A stretch of DNA of 64,000 nucleotides, taken from a virus. Below are positions 29,369 to 38,428 of this stretch, in pieces. Made by a program: the position numbers and the translations under genes. Position 1 is the first letter of the stretch. Every line of letters starts with the position of its first letter. The stretch spans positions 1-64,000 of the IMG/VR virus record IMGVR_UViG_3300007094_000006; one strand, 5' to 3'. The notes under the pieces were generated by a model that had not been told where the DNA came from, searched no databases, and worked only from the letters and a program-made list of their open reading frames with translations.

Positions 29369-31764
29369 TGTTTAAACCTATAGGGCAAGTCACTCTTTTG
29401 ATAACGGATGAGAAAACAGGACAATCACGTTCTATTACAGAATATAACACTTTTACAGAAAGAGGTTATCAAACTGCTTTAAATCTCTCAAATGTGTCTG
29501 GTACTAACCTACAATACTCACCTTTTAAAGAAGCAGAAAGACTATATATCTCTTCTTCTACACAGACCCCTGATAGATATGTTACAACTGTCAGTGGTTT
29601 AATTGCACGCTGTGAGCCTCCGACTAGTGCTACAGAGGTATCATGGGTAGAGGCTACTGATGAATCACCCATGTACGGTGAATTACGAGGACGGTTGGTT
29701 TATACAGGGGCTTCCAGAACTTTCCGTACTGTTGTGGTTGGTGAGAATGCACCAAATGCTAATGCGGTAGGTACTACATATCTTTCAACTTCTGCATATG
29801 CTTATGTTCTTTTTGAAAATAACGTCACACAAGGTGCTTTTGAAACTATTGACATTTTTTACAGAGTCTATTTTGTTAATGAGGTTGGCTTAGGATTGCC
29901 TAAAGGTGGTGATTTAATCCGACATATTGGTAGAGTTCTTTTTGGATTTGATGTAAAGTTTATAACTTCAAGTACTTTTGAGTCTAGTCCTCGTCAAACC
30001 CCTAGTTTAACTTTTTTACCTAACCCAAATAACTATAATTTTTGGGTGTCAGATACTTCTACAAATATTTCGGCAAATCTAATTGGCTCACATAATGGGC
30101 TATCTGTTAATAGAGACATTTCACGACTGTTATCGAATTTAGAGTTTAAATTGGGTGGTAATTCAATAGGATTAGATGCTTTTACAGGTAGAGTTATAAA
30201 TACATTAGCTGTTGGTGACTTGGATTTATCTGGATTAACGGCTGTTGCAATTCAATTAGTGAATCCCTCTCGCAATCCTATTCAAACTTCTTGGGGTAAA
30301 AAAAATAATGCCGTCTCTGCTTTTTATGATGCTACATGGTCAGCTAATGGTTCAGGAAAAATGATACCTTCAGGTTCATGGACTGGCTATTATCCTGATA
30401 TGTATAGAATACGAATTGTAGATTCTGGGAATATTGGAGTTGCTACTTATCGTTTAGAACGTCAACGTTTTACCCATTATCAAGGTAATTCTTGGTCGCA
30501 AATACGAGATGTAATTCCCTTTTTAGGTTATAGGTATTCTAGGATACCTTTTACTCATTCTCACGGACATCAAAATCATCTTAACTACAAAGTTTTTAAT
30601 GATAGAACATTAATACGTTGGGATTCTACAGGAGTCACAATGATTGACATTTTAAATGGAGTTTACAAAAATTTTGATGTCAATAATGATATTACTGTTT
30701 CTAATGCTAATCTTCCTGTTACCAATATTAGACAGGTAGAAATATTTAATGGAAAAATTTATGTGGCTTGTTCTGACACAGGATTGTGGGAAATTAACCC
30801 AGCAGGGGGTACTAATTCTATTGTTAGACTGGTAACTACACCTGTTTATGCTGTGGCTTCTGCTTTTAATCAAACAGCTTTAGACCTATTTATCGTTACT
30901 AATAACGGAATTACAAATTTATCCTCTAACTGGTCAACTTTTTTTAACCCCTCTAATGCTAATATTACATCTATGGGTTGGGCTAACGTTTTCGCATTAG
31001 TAGGTTGTACTTCTTCTAATAGACCAAATGCTGAATTTGTAATTCATTTGCGTAATGGTAACAATTTTGCGTTAGTTTGGTGGTCTAGGTCTATAGGGAA
31101 TGGTAGCGCAAATTCTGTTACGTTCAATACAACTGTCATAGGTGGTATTCTACCTCAAGAAAAAGCTGTTCAAGTTTCTACTTTTGGAGATTTTTGGATT
31201 TTCCATGCTGTTAATACTTCTTCTTTTCGTGCTAATTCTTTTGGTTCTCAGGCTATACAAAATGGTAATTATTCTCCGTCTGACCCGCTTGGGGTAGAAG
31301 TCAAGCGTATTGGGTTTTTTGACGAAAATAATTTTTATTATGCCAGACAGGAATTTAAAAATGGGGCTAATGTTTCTGTTTCTGTAAGAAATAATTCCGT
31401 GGTTGAGGTTGGAAGTGCCAATAAATTAACTCAAGGGCTTCCTGATACCTCATTGTATTTAGGCAGAAATCTTTTTTTTGTTGGGGGAACTATTGGTGTT
31501 TGTTCTCTTGAGTGGGAATCTTGGGGTTGGAATGGTTCTGCTTGGGTTAAAGACCATAGTGGCGTTAAAACAACCCACGCCGATTCTCAACCTATTCTTG
31601 ATGGTCTATCAATTAGTTTTCAAAATGGTCAAGCTGGTGTTTCTTTTCAATCTCAAGATTTTTATACAATCCCTGTTTGTCATGGTGTTTTAGGAGATAA
31701 TGCCCGTCTAATAGAACACTATGTTACTTTTTCAGCTTCTGAAATTTCTCAAGGTAATCTTTAG
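29368..31764 (+). CDS. Large virion structural protein (tail fibre/propeller-like)
   Basis: 798 aa, beta-rich, IYVA...GLW repeats, in tail operon. Confidence 0.55.
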   Translation: MFKPIGQVTLLITDEKTGQSRSITEYNTFTERGYQTALNLSNVSGTNLQYSPFKEAERLYISSSTQTPDRYVTTVSGLIARCEPPTSATEVSWVEATDESPMYGELRGRLVYTGASRTFRTVVVGENAPNANAVGTTYLSTSAYAYVLFENNVTQGAFETIDIFYRVYFVNEVGLGLPKGGDLIRHIGRVLFGFDVKFITSSTFESSPRQTPSLTFLPNPNNYNFWVSDTSTNISANLIGSHNGLSVNRDISRLLSNLEFKLGGNSIGLDAFTGRVINTLAVGDLDLSGLTAVAIQLVNPSRNPIQTSWGKKNNAVSAFYDATWSANGSGKMIPSGSWTGYYPDMYRIRIVDSGNIGVATYRLERQRFTHYQGNSWSQIRDVIPFLGYRYSRIPFTHSHGHQNHLNYKVFNDRTLIRWDSTGVTMIDILNGVYKNFDVNNDITVSNANLPVTNIRQVEIFNGKIYVACSDTGLWEINPAGGTNSIVRLVTTPVYAVASAFNQTALDLFIVTNNGITNLSSNWSTFFNPSNANITSMGWANVFALVGCTSSNRPNAEFVIHLRNGNNFALVWWSRSIGNGSANSVTFNTTVIGGILPQEKAVQVSTFGDFWIFHAVNTSSFRANSFGSQAIQNGNYSPSDPLGVEVKRIGFFDENNFYYARQEFKNGANVSVSVRNNSVVEVGSANKLTQGLPDTSLYLGRNLFFVGGTIGVCSLEWESWGWNGSAWVKDHSGVKTTHADSQPILDGLSISFQNGQAGVSFQSQDFYTIPVCHGVLGDNARLIEHYVTFSASEISQGNL

Positions 31765-31812
31765 ACCCGCCTTTGTTAACGTTCATTAACATTTTTTTAA
31801 TGGTAATCTGTA

Positions 31813-32088
31813 ATGCCTATTTTAATACCTGATTATCTCGTCGTACCTTTTCCTTTAGCTTCTTCAAAATCAGGTTTTGAAGAAATTGTTGGTGCTGACT
31901 TAAATTATCTCAAGTTAAGCATCAATAACGAATTAATACCTACAGAACGTATTTTGTTTAATGGGGCATTTCCACCTGTTGGGGGTTTCATTTCAATTAA
32001 TCGAACTCTTGGCACAATGCTTTTTCACGCTTCTGATGTTGGAAAATTTGTTTCTGGTACTTATTTTTTCAGAAGACGAGCTAACTAA
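31813..32088 (+). CDS. Small structural protein
   Basis: G...FHASDVGK.V motif, in tail operon. Confidence 0.5.
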   Translation: MPILIPDYLVVPFPLASSKSGFEEIVGADLNYLKLSINNELIPTERILFNGAFPPVGGFISINRTLGTMLFHASDVGKFVSGTYFFRRRAN

Positions 32089-32150
32089 TTCCGCTCAAAT
32101 TAAGGTTAAGATATTATCGCTAAAGGACGGGGTTTCAAACCCATTTTTCC

Positions 32151-32579
32151 ATGAGTTTAAATTTATCTGACTTAGGATTACAGGACGTAGTTAGGGAGAT
32201 TGTGAACACATTAAATGCGGGGTATGTTCACATTGTTCGTCCTTCTAACATTGCCTCTAATCCTTTTAACGCACCAAATCTAAACCCACCTTTGTTGGTT
32301 AATAGTTATCCTATTATCTCTTTTGAAGATGGTACTTTTCACGAAAGACTTCAATTTAGTTCAAATTCTGGAGGAATTTTCAGGTTTAAAATGGCTATAC
32401 CCCAAGCTGAAATTCTAATGGGTGACTATGCCTTTATTGATTGGTCAGAAAACACCAGAATTGTATCAGCAGTAGTTAAGAACGTTAAATACAATTTATC
32501 TGCTTTATCTACCGTTGTGGTTAATGCCAATGAAGGGGTTCCGTATAGTTGGTCTGATGTTCAAGCTTTGTTACAATAG
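32151..32579 (+). CDS. Probable neck/head-closure protein
   Basis: Upstream of tail completion and tail tube genes; late motif at 32092. Confidence 0.4.
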   Translation: MSLNLSDLGLQDVVREIVNTLNAGYVHIVRPSNIASNPFNAPNLNPPLLVNSYPIISFEDGTFHERLQFSSNSGGIFRFKMAIPQAEILMGDYAFIDWSENTRIVSAVVKNVKYNLSALSTVVVNANEGVPYSWSDVQALLQ

Positions 32580-32589
32580 GATTAATTTT

Positions 32590-32817
32590 ATGGCTGTCAA
32601 TCGTAATCATAGTGAATTAGCTAGATTTAAACAAGACAAAAACATTTCTTTGTTAAATAAAGTTGAATTTCTTACTCAACAGTTGGAGAATGCTAAAGTT
32701 ACCCAAGAAAAAAACGAAGTTAAGGTAATTATTAAAAAAGATATAACAGATGAATTACTTAACCCTGAAGTAAGACCTTATATTGACAAACTTTCTCAAG
32801 AACTTCGGAGCGTTTAA
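32590..32817 (+). CDS. Hypothetical neck-region protein (start MAVNRN)
   Basis: Coupled to the next gene by TAATG. Confidence 0.5.
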   Translation: MAVNRNHSELARFKQDKNISLLNKVEFLTQQLENAKVTQEKNEVKVIIKKDITDELLNPEVRPYIDKLSQELRSV

Positions 32818-33233
32818 TGTTAAGTGTATCTAAACTAGAATCAGCATTATTTACTCTATTAACTGAATTTTTTGTAGATAGTAATATTACTTTTTCAGTT
32901 AATTACCCAACAACAAAGAATATGTTAGATAATGGAAAAACTGTTATTACTTTCTCTGCTATATCTGATGACATTGAAGGTTCCATTATTTCTAGAGAGA
33001 TTATTCATCCTTTAGTTTCTTTTTTAGTTTTTAATGCTAATTATGCTAAAAACCGTCAAATTCAAGAATCTTTGATTCAATATTTGCAGTCTTTAAATCC
33101 TTTTAACCTTATTATGCTAAATCAGGAGTCTAATCATAGCTACTTAGCTCGTCGCATCCCTCCTACATTTGATAAATCCCGTGAAATTTTTATTAGTGGC
33201 GTTGATTATCGATTTCATATACGAAATGTCTAA
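32817..33233 (+). CDS. Probable tail terminator/completion protein
   Basis: 138 aa, directly before tail tube, C-terminal beta strand VDYRF.I. Confidence 0.5.
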   Translation: MLSVSKLESALFTLLTEFFVDSNITFSVNYPTTKNMLDNGKTVITFSAISDDIEGSIISREIIHPLVSFLVFNANYAKNRQIQESLIQYLQSLNPFNLIMLNQESNHSYLARRIPPTFDKSREIFISGVDYRFHIRNV

Positions 33234-33287
33234 AAACGCTCATTACCTTAAATAAGTCTGCTAGTAAAAAAAGGATAAATTAAAAAA

Positions 33288-33926
33288 ATGGCAAAACGTT
33301 CCGGCCCATCTCTAATTGAAATTGGTACAGGTGCGGATAAAATTACTATCACCAATGACCAACAAATGAATGATGCCACGCTGAGGATTGAAAGGGATGA
33401 GTTTACCCTTAGAGACCAAAGTTCCTCTAAACCGGTTGGCTATATTAAAACAGGTATTGAAGGTAAATTGGAAATCTCTATTTCCGACATTTCTGCTCAA
33501 CAAATTTCTCTTCTTTTTGGTGTGGCTCTCGAATCTAACACTGATACTGTTAATGGTGTTAACTACACTATGCGAAAAGTAGCAGTTACAGACCAAGCAG
33601 GTACTCTGATTACTGGTCAAAAAGTTGTATTAAAACCTTATCCCATTCTTACTGACCCCGGTACTACTGCTCCCACTACTACCACTTATAAGGGTAAAAC
33701 TTATGGTTCTGTCGCATTAGCCGAAGATGCTTTTGATGCTGATGTAGCCGCTTATAAAGCTTGGGTTAATAATTGGGTAACTTTTCCTAACGGTGCATTA
33801 ACCTCTATCAATGGTACTAACTTGGCTTTTGGGTTACAAACTCAACAAGAACTTAAAGTAACTCTAACATCTTTGCCTGATACAGATGGTGTTCGGATTA
33901 TTTTTGGTGATGAAACCGTAGTTTAA
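33288..33926 (+). CDS. Major tail tube protein
   Basis: 212 aa, GP..I.IG start, Thr-rich, own late motif and terminator. Confidence 0.7.
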   Translation: MAKRSGPSLIEIGTGADKITITNDQQMNDATLRIERDEFTLRDQSSSKPVGYIKTGIEGKLEISISDISAQQISLLFGVALESNTDTVNGVNYTMRKVAVTDQAGTLITGQKVVLKPYPILTDPGTTAPTTTTYKGKTYGSVALAEDAFDADVAAYKAWVNNWVTFPNGALTSINGTNLAFGLQTQQELKVTLTSLPDTDGVRIIFGDETVV

Positions 33927-34026
33927 CCTAATTTTGAAACTGAAAAACCCCCCTCCCTTATCGAAAATTTTGGGGAAGGGGGGAATTTTTAGCACTATTT
34001 GAAAGCTTTTGTACTCTTTAGCTAAC

Positions 34027-34317
34027 TCAAATTAGCCCAGAACGCTGAGGTTTAAACTCTAAATTTTTCAATTTTTGAAGTTTTTTCTTAGCAGAGCGAA
34101 TGGCAGAAGTTTTTCGTTTTTCAAAATTTGCTTTTGCTTTTTTAGCGGTAAAAAAAGCTGATTTTCCTAAAATATACACTGCGTCGACTCCTATCAGATT
34201 TTTTACGACCGCAAAACGTCCACAGTCTGAAATTTCTGCTTCAGCTTTGAAAACTCCAGATGTTAAGGAGTTCTCGGTTACAAATACTTTGACCAGTTTT
34301 GGTTGTGGATTATTCAT
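34027..34317 (-). CDS. Hypothetical basic protein
   Basis: Start MNNPQ; minus-strand TTGACA at 34380-34385. Confidence 0.6.
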   Translation of the reverse strand: MNNPQPKLVKVFVTENSLTSGVFKAEAEISDCGRFAVVKNLIGVDAVYILGKSAFFTAKKAKANFEKRKTSAIRSAKKKLQKLKNLEFKPQRSGLI

Positions 34318-34390
34318 CGAAAAAAAAAAAAAGAGAAGGTTCACTTAGTTGTTCCCACCCTATCAAAAAAAATTTTTTTTGTCAACACTC

Positions 34391-35372
34391 AAAAACTGTA
34401 CTACCCATACCAAAATCAATAAAACTCAGTCGTATCAAGGGTTTTAACGATTTAAACTTTAAAAAATACCATTTTAAAATCAATAAAACTCAGTCGTAGT
34501 ATGGCTTAGACCCGTTTGTACTATGTAGTAGGGGGGATAACTTTATTTTTTTTGTCCCTACCCATTTGAATCATTGCATTGGGGGTTTAAACACAGGCAT
34601 TCCTTTCTGTTCCTTTTGAGGTGGACAGACACTACAGACGCCAAAAACAGCCTTTTCTTGCACTTCGGAGCGGATAATGATACTTTTACCATTAAACGAA
34701 CTTTTAATGGCTAAAAATAGCTAAAAATGGGCAAAATGGCTAAAAATGCCTAAATGGGTAAATATGGGCTAAATATTTAAAATATATATTTAATTTTTTG
34801 ATAGGTTGATTTGTGAATACCCTAGGAATAAAGTATCCTAGTATCCTATCCCCCATTCTATTTTTTTTTCGCTATGTATAGCATAGCATGGGAATAAACA
34901 AAATGTCAAGTGGTAGTGGAAAAATATTTTAGGGGGGTGGGGGTAGGCGGGAGTAAGCAAGCAAAAAGTATTAGAGCTTTTGAACTGCGATGATTCAAAT
35001 AGGTAGAGACAAAAAAAAAGTTACCCCCCCCCTACTACATAGTACAAACGGGTCTAAGCCATAGCCTGATTGAGTTTTATTGATTTTAAAATGGTGTTTT
35101 TTATACTCTAAAATGTTAAAACCCTTGATATGATTGAGTTTTATTGATTTTGGAATGAGTAGTACAGTTTTTTAGTCCCAAAAATGCGATGATTCAAATG
35201 GGTAGATACAAAAAAAATAAAGTTACCCCCCCTACTACATAGTACAAACGGGTCAAAGCTATACCCTGATTGAGTTTTATTGATTTTAAAATGGTGTTTT
35301 TTAAATCTTAAAACGCTAAAACCCTTGATATGATTGAGTTTTATTGATTTTGGTATAAGTAGTACAGTTTTT
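34391..35372. repeat. Non-coding module B: inverted arm 34391-34573, core with minus-strand promoter, two tandem arms 34987-35172 and 35186-35372
   Basis: Arms match module A/C arms; TTGACA(34909)-18-TATGCT(34885) on minus strand; 34391-35172 is an inverted copy of module C. Confidence 0.92.
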
Positions 35373-35469
35373 TGATAATCAAAAAAGTAGTTCAAATTAG
35401 AGATTCTAAAGTTGCAGTATTTTTCGCTCAAATTAAGATTGACTTTCCACTTAAAGATTTGATTTAATT

Positions 35470-35952
35470 ATGCCCGAAACTTTGCCTAAGACTTCTATAA
35501 TTGCCCAATTTTTAGATGAAGGGGAACCATTAGGTACTTTAATGCTAGATGGGACAGAATATAAAATCACAGCCCCTGAAGATTTATCTGAAGCCGAATA
35601 TATTGAATATTTTCAAGCTAGAGCAGAAGCTATGGATGTTTTGCTTAGTGTTTACGGTGTTGAAAATGAAGATGGAGAACTAATACTTGAAAAAAGTGTA
35701 GGTGCTTCGGATTCAGTAAAAAAAGCTAAATTAGAAGCTTTAATGTATAAACCTGCCCGTCGAATGGTAGAAGCATTATTAGGAGTACCGGCTGGGACAT
35801 TTAAACGAAAAAGAAGTAAAACAGTGATGTCATTATACAATCATTGTCAACAACTTTTAGAAGAAAAACAAACTGTCGAACCAGTCATCAAAAAAGAAGG
35901 TGTAGAGGAAGATTTAGAAGTCCCTTTGGGTGGGAAAATCGAGCAAGAGTAG
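35470..35952 (+). CDS. Tail assembly chaperone (G-like)
   Basis: Acidic 160 aa after tail tube; slippery C CCT TTG at 35922-35928. Confidence 0.7.
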   Translation: MPETLPKTSIIAQFLDEGEPLGTLMLDGTEYKITAPEDLSEAEYIEYFQARAEAMDVLLSVYGVENEDGELILEKSVGASDSVKKAKLEALMYKPARRMVEALLGVPAGTFKRKRSKTVMSLYNHCQQLLEEKQTVEPVIKKEGVEEDLEVPLGGKIEQE

Positions 35953-36263
35953 TGAGATATGTTAACACTCTTATCGATTGTCTACCAATATTTTATAGTT
36001 TTGGTATTTCTAGATTAGAACTTTTAAAAATGCGCCATTGGGAAGTTCTAGAAATCATATCAGGACACTATAAACATCGTGCTAGATTAGTGCTTGATTT
36101 GACCGATGCTGTAGCTTTAGGGGCTGGATGGGGTGATGCAGAATCTAAAGAACAAATGCAACGTAATTTAGTGGATAAAGCTGGATTCCCTCGTCGTAAA
36201 ACGAAAGTACCTAAAAAGTTCACAGGAAAATCTTGGACTTCTGATTTGATGACTATGGTTTAA
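35922..36263 (+). CDS. Tail assembly chaperone -1 frameshift extension (GT-like)
   Basis: Overlapping -1 frame with no good start of its own; YSFGISRLELLKM..WEV pattern. Confidence 0.65.
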   Translation, partial: PFGWENRARVVRYVNTLIDCLPIFYSFGISRLELLKMRHWEVLEIISGHYKHRARLVLDLTDAVALGAGWGDAESKEQMQRNLVDKAGFPRRKTKVPKKFTGKSWTSDLMTMV

Positions 36264-36315
36264 AGTTCAAGCCCAGCCCTTTTAGAACGGTCAATATGCC
36301 AATGATGTTCACCCT

Positions 36316-36891
36316 TTGAAAACAAATAGCCAAATTAAGCAAAATGGAATGTCTAAACTAATTAAATTAACGAATCCTGAAGAAGTTCCTGAGTTAATAA
36401 AAGAGGCTATTTGTTATTATAGGGGTTGTTTTCCTCAATATTCAGATGCTGAAATAGCCAGACGAGTGAATAAAAATCTTGATTGTATATCTATAGACGA
36501 AAAACTTGTTTTAGAAATTTTAGAATTAGAGCCAGACCGTCTTTTTAAACATAAATTTGGCGGTGCAGAATCTGTAAAATTGGGGATACTTTTAGGGGAA
36601 CTAAAATTTTCAACGTTACACTCTAGAGTCAAATTTTTAACCGATATAATGATAATGGGTAAAGAAGGATATGAAGAACAAAGAGCCACTAACAGAGGTG
36701 ATATTGTAACTTTAACAGCTAAAAACCTAAATGCCTCATTAGAAGCACATAAACAATTAGGAATGATTCTAGAAAAAGTTGAAGCTCTGACTGAACGAGA
36801 GGAAGAAGTCTTTTTAGAAGTTGATGTTTACCCACAATTTTTACCCACATCGAACCTAGCTTCTAATGAAGAAGACGAAGTTTTGAACTAA
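36316..36891 (+). CDS. Probable terminase small subunit
   Basis: HTH-like YSDAEIARRVN, A.LEA.KQLG coiled segment, upstream of TerL. Confidence 0.5.
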   Translation: MKTNSQIKQNGMSKLIKLTNPEEVPELIKEAICYYRGCFPQYSDAEIARRVNKNLDCISIDEKLVLEILELEPDRLFKHKFGGAESVKLGILLGELKFSTLHSRVKFLTDIMIMGKEGYEEQRATNRGDIVTLTAKNLNASLEAHKQLGMILEKVEALTEREEEVFLEVDVYPQFLPTSNLASNEEDEVLN

Positions 36892-36940
36892 AACACACCT
36901 CGCCCATTTCAAGATTAATCCTTCTATTAAAACCTACCAA

Positions 36941-37579
36941 ATGGTCAACATTGCAAAAGGTCTTAAACCCAAGAACCACTCGCAAGCAAAATTCTTACAG
37001 TCCATTCGAGAAAATACCATAACTTTAGGGATTGGTGAAGCTGGTACAGGAAAAACGTTATTAGCCATGTATGCGGCTATTTTAGCTATAAATAATCCTG
37101 AATCGCCTATTGATTCTATTCTTTATGTCAGACCATTTGTTAATGAACCAGATGAACAAGATATTGGGGCTTTGCCAGGAGAATACGAGGAAAAAATTGA
37201 TTTATTAGGACTTCCTCTTTGGACTAATTTATCTGAAATTTGTTCCCCTGATGAGCTTAGAAAGTTTAAATCCAGATTAGAAATTTCACATATTGGAAAA
37301 CTTAAAGGGGCATCACTATCTAACACATTTATTATTTTTGATGAAGCAGAAGATGCGACTCAAAGACTATTTAATTGTGTAATCACTAGAATATCACACG
37401 GTTCAAAACTTGTTATTATCGGCGACCCATCCCAAAGTAGTCTTCAATGTGGAGGCTTTTTTCATATTGCGGCACATAGACTATTTAATATTCCAGATGT
37501 TGGCATTGTTTGGTTTCCTAAAGGTTCGTGCGTAAGACACCCTATAATTCCTCATGTTTTATCTGCTTTAGCGGCTTAA
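36941..37579 (+). CDS. phoH: PhoH-family ATPase
   Basis: GEAGTGKTLLA, GALPG, FDEAED, TRI..GSK.V..GD..Q, VRHP. Confidence 0.93.
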   Translation: MVNIAKGLKPKNHSQAKFLQSIRENTITLGIGEAGTGKTLLAMYAAILAINNPESPIDSILYVRPFVNEPDEQDIGALPGEYEEKIDLLGLPLWTNLSEICSPDELRKFKSRLEISHIGKLKGASLSNTFIIFDEAEDATQRLFNCVITRISHGSKLVIIGDPSQSSLQCGGFFHIAAHRLFNIPDVGIVWFPKGSCVRHPIIPHVLSALAA

Positions 37580-37648
37580 CCCAAAAAAAAGGTTGCCAAC
37601 TTTTGTTGGCAACAGTTCACCTTAGTTTAGGGTAGAAAATGAAAAAAC

Positions 37649-38281
37649 TTAACGGAAATCGCCGTCTCCTCGAATAGTACCCGCATTTTTGCGTTTTGTC
37701 AACTTATTAGTATTATCGTCCATGACAGTTTTCAAATCACTATTCATGTCATAGGCGAGTTCATCAATTATCAAAAACATAATGAATAGGTAGGATTCAC
37801 AAAAAACTTGTAAAAGAGACAAGTCTTGATAATTAGAATCACCACGAACATATTTTTTGATAAGTCCTGCTAATGTTCCCGACGCAAAATTAAGAGCCAT
37901 ATAAGTCCTGAACAAATCAGATTCTTCAAGACTTTTAGTTGACACAGAATCTAGATAATTTTGAACATTAACTATAAAACCTTCGACAGAGCGATAACCA
38001 AGGTGAATACACAAACGACTTACATAGTAAAGAATATCGCCTAGTTCTAAAAGCAACTTGGTTCGTTCTAAGTCTAAAACACTTTCTTCGATTTCTAACA
38101 CACCTTCTTGAAAACCAACAAGCAAGGCAAAAGAGTCGTTAGCAAATTCGTTAATCTCACTAATTAAACCGAGAGTGACGTATTCCAGTGATTTGTCTGA
38201 AGGATATACGACGGTGGTATTTGTGAACTCCCAGTAAGAAGTTAGTGCATTAACAAAGCCATTGTCGATAGATTGACGCAT
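37649..38281 (-). CDS. mazG: MazG-like nucleotide pyrophosphohydrolase (duplicated domain)
   Basis: LGL.SE..E, ELGDILYY, N..KL.KR...G...G.GD.R; promoter TTGACA(38341)-17-TATACT(38318). Confidence 0.85.
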   Translation of the reverse strand: MRQSIDNGFVNALTSYWEFTNTTVVYPSDKSLEYVTLGLISEINEFANDSFALLVGFQEGVLEIEESVLDLERTKLLLELGDILYYVSRLCIHLGYRSVEGFIVNVQNYLDSVSTKSLEESDLFRTYMALNFASGTLAGLIKKYVRGDSNYQDLSLLQVFCESYLFIMFLIIDELAYDMNSDLKTVMDDNTNKLTKRKNAGTIRGDGDFR

Positions 38282-38428
38282 AATTTAATGGAGTCTAAAT
38301 TTAGTTAGACCTAGTATAGCACCTAAAAAAAAATTTGTCAAGGGGGGTTTGAGAATCTGTGAGATTAGGCTCAAAGTTTCGCCCATTATTTAGCTGAGAG
38401 TTTCGATTAACTTTGAATTAAGTTTTGG

